This document shows, piece by piece, positions 1 to 6,452 of a stretch of DNA of 63,413 bases (positions within the stretch are counted from its first letter, which is position 1; each line of letters begins with the position of its first letter). The notes under the pieces are model-generated. The model saw nothing but the letters and a program-made list of their open reading frames with translations. It did no database searches and was not told the origin of the DNA. The stretch is from Nitrospinaceae bacterium (GTDB lineage: Bacteria > Nitrospinota > Nitrospinia > Nitrospinales > VA-1). The stretch covers positions 1 through 63,413 of the forward strand of contig JAJDBG010000018.1 in assembly GCA_029261475.1 (NCBI GenBank). The letters run 5' to 3'. Position numbers and translations under genes: made by a program.

Positions 1-1034
1 GTGGTAATCATATCTGACGTCCACTCGCCGGGAGAGGCTACACCATCCATCGTCGGGGTACCAAAGCCTGCGGTTATCGCTGTAACCGAACCAGCCGTCT
101 CTGGAAAATTCATGGTAAATACTGTCGCATCGAATCCATCATTAAAGTGGGTAGCACCTTCGTTGTCGAAAACCTCCGTAGTAAATTCCACTGAACCACC
201 CGGAACAACCTCAAAATCATCCGCGTCGCTAACCATTGGTCGACTGAACTCAACGATCCATGTGCCATTGTCGTACTTACCAGCCGAACGTACGGAAGCC
301 CGATTGCCGGTCGGCAAGCTCAAAATTCTACCAGGAATGACAGCGCCTGCTGCAAATATCGCCGCACTATCAAAGGCCGTCGATAAACCCATTGCACCAC
401 TTAGAGCGCCGAATGGATTAAAGGCATCCAGCGCAGCTTGATCACCGGCCAGAAAGCCTACATTGGCACCGGGATCTCCGGCTGCCATAAAGCTCGGAAA
501 GCCTGAACCCACAGGCGAATTCTTTGAATCTATGCCACTACCGGCATCGCCATGGCGACCGTCGGTCAGCCAATGCTTATCATCGGTAAATCCAAGTGGA
601 TTGGTACGCGCTGATTTCCAGTGCCATACATCCACTTTGCCGGTTTCAGTTTTCATGTCAGGGACGTGGCACATGGTGGCACAATTAGCGCCTTCTGTCC
701 CGTTCTGTCCCATGTCCCAGATGATGCCGACACGATCTTCGTCGCCGGATTGACTCCAGGTGCTGCCGTCAAAGCTCCACTGGTTTTTAGCGACATTCTT
801 AGTAGACGTCGCATCGTCCCAAGTGGCCAGCACATAGAGATTGTTATCATCTATCATGGACTTTATGGTTAAACCCTTTGACGTGGTAATCATATCTGAT
901 GTCCATTCGCCGGGAGATGCCACCCCATCCATCGTCGGGGTGCCATTAGATGCAGTAAGAGAAGTCTGAGCAAAAGCATTAAGACCACTCATTAGAAATG
1001 CACTAACTATGAACATTTGTAAAAATTTCCTCAT
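1..1034 (-). CDS. Secreted protein with tandem DOMON/EB_dh-like (ethylbenzene-dehydrogenase-type haem-binding) domains; partial, C-terminus lies beyond the left edge
   Basis: Absent from the ORF track because no stop lies in the window. Manual minus-strand translation from ATG 1034-1032 stays open to position 1: MRKFLQMFIVSAFLMSGLNAFAQTSLTASNGTPTMDGVASPGEWTSDMITTSKGL...GANCATMCHVPDMKTETGKVDVWHWKSARTNPLGFTDDKHWLTDGRHGD. It has a signal peptide. The block GTPTMDGVASPGEWTSDMITT recurs about 295 aa later (DNA 885-942 vs 1-58). The family call is motif-level only. Confidence 0.6.
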   Translation of the reverse strand, partial: MRKFLQMFIVSAFLMSGLNAFAQTSLTASNGTPTMDGVASPGEWTSDMITTSKGLTIKSMIDDNNLYVLATWDDATSTKNVAKNQWSFDGSTWSQSGDEDRVGIIWDMGQNGTEGANCATMCHVPDMKTETGKVDVWHWKSARTNPLGFTDDKHWLTDGRHGDAGSGIDSKNSPVGSGFPSFMAAGDPGANVGFLAGDQAALDAFNPFGALSGAMGLSTAFDSAAIFAAGAVIPGRILSLPTGNRASVRSAGKYDNGTWIVEFSRPMVSDADDFEVVPGGSVEFTTEVFDNEGATHFNDGFDATVFTMNFPETAGSVTAITAGFGTPTMDGVASPGEWTSDMIT

Positions 1035-1067
1035 TCTGTTATCTCCTTATAAAAATGTGATTAGAGT

Positions 1068-1457
1068 TTAATTATTTAGTTCTGATTGGGTATTATTTAA
1101 AGATGATAATATAACCTCATTGATTACCTCTAATTGCACCGGTTTTCCCGTAAAGTATGCTACATTCTCCTCCAAAATTTTTCCACCTAGTTCTAATGAA
1201 AGTTCTTTCACAATAACAACCAGTGGGAATTTCGGCCTTATCCGTCTTAATAATTTAACCATCTTCAGGCAATCAATATTTGAGAAATCCGAATCATAAA
1301 TAATAACGTCATAGTCTTTTTCCAAGACCTCTAATAAAAAATCAGCAGATTCCCGGATACATTTAACATATATATCGAGTTGCGATAAAAAATTAAATAA
1401 AGTGTCGAGCAATTGCTTATCGTGGCAAGCAATCAGGATTTTTCTTTTGAGTTTCAA
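1068..1457 (-). CDS. Stand-alone CheY-like receiver domain protein with atypical acidic pocket
   Basis: 129-aa ORF with a receiver-type beta/alpha pattern: KILIACHD ... VIIYDSDF (candidate phospho-Asp) ... PLVVIV ... TGKPV (conserved Lys). The N-terminal DD pair is replaced by CHD. It ends 33 nt upstream of the haem-domain gene. Confidence 0.65.
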   Translation of the reverse strand: MKLKRKILIACHDKQLLDTLFNFLSQLDIYVKCIRESADFLLEVLEKDYDVIIYDSDFSNIDCLKMVKLLRRIRPKFPLVVIVKELSLELGGKILEENVAYFTGKPVQLEVINEVILSSLNNTQSELNN

Positions 1458-1518
1458 ATTAACCTTGCTGAACTGATTAAATTAGATCTCATGGTCAATT
1501 AGACAGGTGTAGATAACA

Positions 1519-1537
1519 TGTCAATTTTTGTACCAGA
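1519..1537 (-). promoter_or_regulatory. Candidate sigma-54 (-24/-12) promoter
   Basis: Minus strand reads CTGGTACAAAAATTGACA. It aligns without gaps to TGGCACG-N4-TTGCW, with TGG and TTG at the correct spacing, but the -12 GC is GA. It lies about 60 nt upstream of the receiver gene start, directly downstream of an NtrC-family activator gene. Confidence 0.4.
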
Positions 1538-1612
1538 GGGATAAATTATAAATAAAGGACTATAAATAAAGGATTTATGACAGGAAGAAATTGAGACTGA
1601 AAATCAACACTT

Positions 1613-1708
1613 TGACGAAAAACCGTCAATAAAATGTAGGAGACTCAGGACAAATCTTATATAAGTTATTAATTAAAAGTAATTTATATCTGTGACGTAA
1701 AACCGTCA
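1613..1708. promoter_or_regulatory. Two copies of the 16-nt palindrome TGACG-N6-CGTCA, candidate enhancer (UAS) sites for the adjacent NtrC-family activator
   Basis: TGACGAAAAACCGTCA at 1613-1628 and TGACGTAAAACCGTCA at 1693-1708 (15/16 identical, 80 bp apart). A further half-site CGTCA lies at 1724-1728. The sites sit about 90-190 bp upstream of the sigma-54-like promoter. Confidence 0.45.
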
Positions 1709-1725
1709 GAAAAATAGCATTTTCG

Positions 1726-3120
1726 TCACATGTTTGAATGGTTCTCGCTCTCACCTTTTGTACGAGCAAGTTTATCACGTAATGTAGTACGGGGAATGTT
1801 CAAAAGCTCGGCAGCCTTTACCTGGTTACCCTGCGCCTCTTTCAAGGCCCAACAGATTAGCCTGTTTTCGAGATCGGAAATTGCCTGTGACAAGTTAATT
1901 GGTTTTTCTCCGCGAGCGTCAAGAGCAAACAATCCCTCCGGAGTCGATACCTCTTGCAGGTAATCGGGCATGTCATCCACATCAATGTGGTCCGATTTAC
2001 AAAGCGTCACAGCATGTTCAACAACATTTTCCAATTCTCTTACATTACCCGGCCAATTGTGTGTCAGCAGAACCTTTTGTGATTCAGGAGAAAAATGCTT
2101 TGCAGATTTATTCTTTACTTTTGAAAATTTTTCCAGGAAATGTTTGACCAACAATGGAATGTCTTCATGCCGCTCTCTTAAAGGCGGCAACTCAATTTTT
2201 ACCACGTTAAGGCGATAATAGAGATCTTCACGAAATTTACCCTCAGAGACCATCTGCTTCAAATCTTTTTTAGTCGCGCAGATCACGCGCACATCCACAT
2301 TAAATGACTCCTCACCGCCAACTCGTTCGAAAATTCTCTCCTGAATTACTCGCAGGAGTTTAACCTGCAGATCAAGCGGAATGTCATCGACCTCATCCAA
2401 AAAAATTGTGCCCTTGTCAGCAAGTTCAAACCGCCCGCTCTTACGCCGTAACGCCCCGGTAAATGCACCTCTTTCATGCCCGAAAAGCTCGCTTTCAAGA
2501 AGTTCACGATTTAATATAGCGCAACTGAGTTTGATGAAAGGGCGTGCCTTTCTGTGACTGTTGTAGTGCAGTGCATTTGCCATAACTTCCTTCCCCGTAC
2601 CCGTTTCCCCTTGTATTAGGATGGTGGTGTCACTATCTGCCACAATGTCTGCCTTATCAAAGATGGTTTGCATCGCTTTGGAGCGACCGATAAGATTCTG
2701 ATAGCGGTATTGTGATTGGATTTTTTTCTGCAAAGCCTTAATCTCAACTTTGCCCTTCTGGTGCTGCATTAAGCGATTCAGTTTAATGGACAATTCATCA
2801 TAGGCGAAGGGTTTGGTAATGTAATCGTAAGCGCCTTCTTTCATCGCTTCAACTGCATTCTCGACAGTACCGTAAGCGGTCATCATAATCACCTCCGTCT
2901 CCGACGAAAGTTTTTTGATCTCCTTCAAAAATGTTAATCCATCCATTGACGGCATGCGGAGATCTGTAATTACCACGTCAAAAGTACTTTTATTGAGATG
3001 CTTGAGACCCACAAATGCATTTTCTCCAATATTTACATCGTAGCCGTCATCTTCAAGCTGGCTTTTAAGCGTTAAACGTTTTAGCTTTTCATCGTCAATG
3101 ACAAGAATTTTACCTTTCAT
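1726..3120 (-). CDS. Sigma-54-dependent response regulator (NtrC family: receiver + AAA+ + Fis-type HTH)
   Basis: 464 aa. Receiver (KILVIDDE ... [13 protein letters not shown]), Walker [15 protein letters not shown] loop, [15 protein letters not shown], Walker B FLDEVD, and C-terminal [23 protein letters not shown]. Confidence 0.95.
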   Translation of the reverse strand: MKGKILVIDDEKLKRLTLKSQLEDDGYDVNIGENAFVGLKHLNKSTFDVVITDLRMPSMDGLTFLKEIKKLSSETEVIMMTAYGTVENAVEAMKEGAYDYITKPFAYDELSIKLNRLMQHQKGKVEIKALQKKIQSQYRYQNLIGRSKAMQTIFDKADIVADSDTTILIQGETGTGKEVMANALHYNSHRKARPFIKLSCAILNRELLESELFGHERGAFTGALRRKSGRFELADKGTIFLDEVDDIPLDLQVKLLRVIQERIFERVGGEESFNVDVRVICATKKDLKQMVSEGKFREDLYYRLNVVKIELPPLRERHEDIPLLVKHFLEKFSKVKNKSAKHFSPESQKVLLTHNWPGNVRELENVVEHAVTLCKSDHIDVDDMPDYLQEVSTPEGLFALDARGEKPINLSQAISDLENRLICWALKEAQGNQVKAAELLNIPRTTLRDKLARTKGESENHSNM

Positions 3121-5005
3121 TTTCTACCTCACTTGCTGGTAATAAAACGCTAAGAGTCGTGCCCTTTTTTAACTTACTTTTAATGGTGATTTTACCCCCA
3201 TGCTCTTCAATGATTTTCTTGCTTATAGAAAGACCGAGCCCCGTACCTTTCTCTGTATCCTTTGTGGTAAAAAATGGACTAAATATTCTTTCCAGATTTT
3301 CCTCAGGTATACCGCAGCCATTATCTAAAATCTTCACTCGGACTGAAGGATTTAATTTCTGCTTGAGTCTTTCTATCACAATTCCAATATGTCCGTCAGA
3401 TTGACCATCTAGTGCGTCAGAAGCGTTTATGAACATATTTATGAGAACTTGTGAAAGATTGTAGGGATCGCCAACCACAAAAGGCATATCTTTGCATAGA
3501 TGGATATCCAATTCGATATTCTGTTCCTCAATTTTATGTTTTACCAACAACAGGGATTCCTGCACGACGTCATTCAGGTCTACCTTTTCCATCTTAAGTT
3601 TGTGGTACCTGGAAAAGACGAGAAGCCGTCTTACAATAAAGCCAATCCTCGTTATCCCTTCTGAAATTAATTCCAGCATAGTATTGCTTTTGGTCACATC
3701 TTTAGGATGCTTTTTGATGATGTCCAGACAATTTTGTATACCGTCTAACGGATTGTTTATCTCATGCGCTACACTGGCGGACAAACGTCCGATGGACGTC
3801 AGCTTTTCAGTGTGAATGAGTTGTTCCTCCAGAAATTTGCGTTCGGTAATATCTCTTCTCAATTCAATTACTTGAAAAACTTCACCTTTTTCATTCTGAA
3901 GCGGCGAGCAGTAAATCTCGAGGTATTTCTCTTTTCCATTTCTATCCAGGAAAGTATGTAAAGTTTTTTGCAATGTTCCTTCCGTAAAAGTTAACCTGAC
4001 CGGGCAGCCGTTAGAAAAGTCCTGACCACATGGGCCTTCCGATTTCCCCAACCCCAGTGAACAGCTTGTTCCAATAACCTCATTCCTGGAGCCGTTGTAT
4101 CGGTTCAGGTATGCATCATTTGCAGTAACAATGTTTAAATCACGGTCAACAACAACAATCTCATCATTAATGCCATTGATGACATTCTCAAGGTAATCTT
4201 TGTGTCTCTCTACTTCGTTCAAAGTGTCCTTCAAATTAGCAGTCATATGGTTAAAACTCATGGCGAGATTGCTAATTTCATCACTTCCTTTGAAGTCTAC
4301 AACTTGATCCAAATTACCTTCGCTTATTCGCAGCGTTGTATCGGTAAATTTTCTAATTCTCCGAAGAATAAGTTTGTTGATAAGTAATCCCAGTGCGACA
4401 CAAGTAATCACTAGCATAATAGCCGCCATGCCAAATATGATTTTATTGTTTGACGCTAACCGCCGTCGGCTATCAGCCATAGATAAATCCATCACCAAGA
4501 CACCATTTATTTCTTCCCTGGGATCATGACAACCATAACACCTTGGTTTATTGGTAATAAGGCTCATATTTCGGAATACTTCTGTGTTTTTTTTATCTTT
4601 TACAATCGTGGTATTATTTCGGGCGACCGGAGAGTATTGGTGGCACACGACACAAACCGGATCAACATTGTTTTTATAGACTTTACCCAACATTTCCGGC
4701 TCAGAAGATACCTTTGGTTCACCCATCTTATTCAAGATTATTATTCGCTCAATGCCGGATTGCTCAGATAACCTGTGTACCTCTTCATTAAGTATGTGGG
4801 GATCATTTTTTAACATGGCCGTTTCCAATGTACCGACAACCAATCTGCTCAAATTTGTAGTGGTTACCTGCAAACCGTCAATAAGCTGTTCTTTGTGAAA
4901 ATTATAAAAGAAAATAAAAAAAGGTAAGCCAACGGCCAATAATGATAAAATTAGCCCTAAAACTATCTTAAAGTCTAACCTTTGATAAAATGGGATAACC
5001 TTCAT
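3110..5005 (-). CDS. Sensor histidine kinase with periplasmic double-CXXCH domain, HAMP, PAS, HisKA and HATPase domains
   Basis: 631 aa, overlapping the regulator start by 11 nt. Order of parts: TM1, a ~150-aa periplasmic region with CVVCH (res 118-122) and CYGCH (res 156-160), TM2, HAMP (DEISNLAMSFNHM), PAS, H-box SASVAHEINNPL, then N/G boxes NMFINASDAL, DNGCGIP, GTGLGLSISKKIIEEHGG. Confidence 0.9.
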   Translation of the reverse strand: MKVIPFYQRLDFKIVLGLILSLLAVGLPFFIFFYNFHKEQLIDGLQVTTTNLSRLVVGTLETAMLKNDPHILNEEVHRLSEQSGIERIIILNKMGEPKVSSEPEMLGKVYKNNVDPVCVVCHQYSPVARNNTTIVKDKKNTEVFRNMSLITNKPRCYGCHDPREEINGVLVMDLSMADSRRRLASNNKIIFGMAAIMLVITCVALGLLINKLILRRIRKFTDTTLRISEGNLDQVVDFKGSDEISNLAMSFNHMTANLKDTLNEVERHKDYLENVINGINDEIVVVDRDLNIVTANDAYLNRYNGSRNEVIGTSCSLGLGKSEGPCGQDFSNGCPVRLTFTEGTLQKTLHTFLDRNGKEKYLEIYCSPLQNEKGEVFQVIELRRDITERKFLEEQLIHTEKLTSIGRLSASVAHEINNPLDGIQNCLDIIKKHPKDVTKSNTMLELISEGITRIGFIVRRLLVFSRYHKLKMEKVDLNDVVQESLLLVKHKIEEQNIELDIHLCKDMPFVVGDPYNLSQVLINMFINASDALDGQSDGHIGIVIERLKQKLNPSVRVKILDNGCGIPEENLERIFSPFFTTKDTEKGTGLGLSISKKIIEEHGGKITIKSKLKKGTTLSVLLPASEVENER

Positions 5006-5362
5006 TTTTACTTATTTATATGAATAAATTCGAATATCCATAAAACTGATTGAGACACTTAAAAATTAAAAGAATGAAAGGCGTAAAATGCCAGCAATTT
5101 ATTTATCAAAAAAATAATAGTAGTATTAAAGCCTGAAATAATTTATGCAACAATCATACCTTAAAGTAAATACCTTAAGTTGTAAAAAACAAGTTTTAAC
5201 TGAGCAGATGTGGCGTTTCAGAACAAGTGGACCGATTTGGTGGCAACAATAAGTGACACTATTTACTTTGGGAAAAAAACATGTCAAGATTTTCTACCAT
5301 TGATAATAATTTACAAAATGAATAGAAAAATCTGTTATAAAATGAAGACCGGAAAACAACAG

Positions 5363-5508
5363 GCTATATCCCTTTAAAACAAATAGTTAATTTACAACTT
5401 GATTTTGGAGCAGGAGAAGCTCAAAACACCTGCGCTCTTACCTCGGAGTCAAGTGCTCTACTGTAAAATAAAAAAGGGACATAGCAACTGCTATATCCCT
5501 TTAAAACA
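5363..5508 (+). repeat. Perfect 19-nt direct repeat GCTATATCCCTTTAAAACA (5363-5381 and 5490-5508) heading two ~125-bp tandem units
   Basis: Read directly from the sequence. Each unit ends in AGTCAAGTG (5448-5456, 5572-5580). Confidence 0.85.
5406..5461 (-). other. Degenerate tRNA-like fragment
   Basis: Minus strand reads GTAGAGCACTTGACTCCGAGGTAAGAGCGCAGGTGTTTTGAGCTTCTCCTGCTCCA. It has a D-arm-like GTAGAGCA, a CU-CCG-AG anticodon-loop-like heptamer and a terminal CCA. The anticodon stem and T arm do not pair canonically and there is no 5-prime acceptor strand. Confidence 0.3.
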
Positions 5509-5531
5509 GCTATTTAGCTGTAATTACTCAG

Positions 5532-5580
5532 TCGGGGCGAAAGGATTTGAACCTTCGACCCCTTGACCCCCAGTCAAGTG
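5532..5580 (-). pseudogene. 3-prime half of tRNA-Pro (anticodon GGG), truncated; likely att-site remnant
   Basis: Minus strand reads CA-CTTGA-CTGGGGG-TCAAG-GGGTC-GAAGG-TTCAAAT-CCTTT-CGCCCCG-A. That is an anticodon arm, variable loop, T arm and 3-prime acceptor strand plus discriminator (49 nt). Upstream (5581 onward) is unrelated AT-rich DNA with no D arm or 5-prime acceptor strand. Confidence 0.7.
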
Positions 5581-5625
5581 TATAGGCTATAATAAACAAT
5601 AACTTACAAAGGCACGATTCAACAT

Positions 5626-5686
5626 TTGCTACTATTTGCGTAAGAATTTGAGTAAGTGACTGTAAAATTTTATACTTAAGTTGTAT
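5626..5686 (+). repeat. ~60-nt intergenic module, copy 1 (partner at 14323-14381)
   Basis: TTGCTACTATTTGCGTAAGAATTTGAGTAAGTGACTGTAAAATTTTATACTTAAGTTGTAT versus TTGCTACCATTTGTGTAAAAGTTGAGTAAGTGTTTGAGAAATTTACGCTTAAGCTGTAC. Roughly three quarters identical by eye, same orientation. Confidence 0.7.
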
Positions 5687-5853
5687 TTTGATGTTGATTT
5701 CACGCTTCGATTAATTTTAGATGTTATACTGAATTAACTCCTTAGCTATGCCGGTGAGAATTGCAAAGGCTTTGCCTTAGTATTTGAAAAAAGAAACTCC
5801 TGATGTTAGCTTGGAAGAGTCAGGTTTCCAAGTAAAACAAAAGGAGTTTCGAA

Positions 5854-6291
5854 ATGCGAAATAAGTTAGCACATACAGTTTGGGAATGCAAGTATCATGT
5901 TGTTTGGATACCAAAATATCGTCGCGCAGTAGTTTATGGAAAGCTTCGTCAGGATATTGGAATAATTCTCCGTCGTCTTTGTGATTACAAAGGCATCGAG
6001 ATTGTTGAGGCCACTGCCTGCTGTAATCATATCCACATGTGCTTATCAATACCTCCGAAGTACAGCGTGTCAAGTATTGTGGGTTATCTGAAAGGCAAGA
6101 GTGCGATAGAGATTTTCGAGCGTCATAGTCAGCTTCGACAGAATTTTCGAGGTCACCATTTCTGGGCTCGCGGTTACTATGTGAGTACAGTTGGACTTGA
6201 TGAGGCGAAGGTGCGCAATTATATAAAGAATCAGGAAGAAGGGGATCGCTTGGGTGATTCCGGTCAATCAAGTGGCGACCCATTTCAGTAA
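5854..6291 (+). CDS. tnpA: IS200/IS605-family Y1 (HUH) transposase TnpA
   Basis: 145 aa. YHVVWIPKYRR N-terminus, HUH motif in CNHIHMCLSIPPK, catalytic-Tyr region WARGYYVSTVG. AAGGAG lies 7 nt upstream of the ATG. Confidence 0.95.
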   Translation: MRNKLAHTVWECKYHVVWIPKYRRAVVYGKLRQDIGIILRRLCDYKGIEIVEATACCNHIHMCLSIPPKYSVSSIVGYLKGKSAIEIFERHSQLRQNFRGHHFWARGYYVSTVGLDEAKVRNYIKNQEEGDRLGDSGQSSGDPFQ

Positions 6292-6298
6292 CAGAGTA

Positions 6299-6437
6299 GC
6301 CCCATTTTGGGGCAGCCAGTAACAGCAGCAAATAAACTATTATAATCCGGAAGCCTGATACATTAGAAGTATCTCCTTTTAGGAGAGCTAGTAGTAGCCC
6401 CTTTCAGGGGTAACCAAGCCACCGGCTAAGCCGGTGG
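6299..6437. repeat. Four consecutive short GC-rich hairpins (REP-like / IS200 right-end structures)
   Basis: GCCCCATTTTGGGGC (6299-6313), TCTCCTTTTAGGAGA (6372-6386), CCCCTTTCAGGGG (6398-6410), CCACCGGCTAAGCCGGTGG (6419-6437). Confidence 0.6.
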
Positions 6438-6452
6438 TGGTTGACTTAGCAA

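Larger units (their letters stand above)
5790..6440 (+). mobile_element. IS200/IS605-family element carrying tnpA only (boundaries approximate)
   Basis: A Y1 transposase gene flanked by hairpin-forming sequence (5790-5830 upstream; four GC-rich hairpins at 6299-6437 downstream). No tnpB is present. Confidence 0.7.

Noticed and set aside
1-872. Plus-strand ORFs 1..441, 463..753 and 621..872, and minus ORF 653..850
   Set aside because: Low-complexity Pro/Ser/Ala-rich translations. They are shadows of the long open minus-strand frame (1..1034), which encodes a signal-peptide protein with a repeated domain.
1730-2218. Plus-strand ORFs antisense to the NtrC-family gene
   Set aside because: They lie wholly inside a gene with unambiguous AAA+ and receiver motifs on the opposite strand.
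3159-4771. Plus-strand ORFs (61-107 aa) antisense to the histidine kinase gene
   Set aside because: Same reasoning. The kinase frame carries H-box and ATPase motifs, and the antisense ORFs have no features.
5406-5461. Possible functional tRNA (Arg-like CCG loop, CCA end)
   Set aside because: The anticodon stem and T arm do not pair and there is no 5-prime acceptor strand or D arm. Kept only as a degenerate fragment.
5777-6331. 184-aa minus-strand ORF and 65-aa ORF overlapping tnpA
   Set aside because: Antisense to a textbook IS200 TnpA frame with HUH and Tyr motifs.
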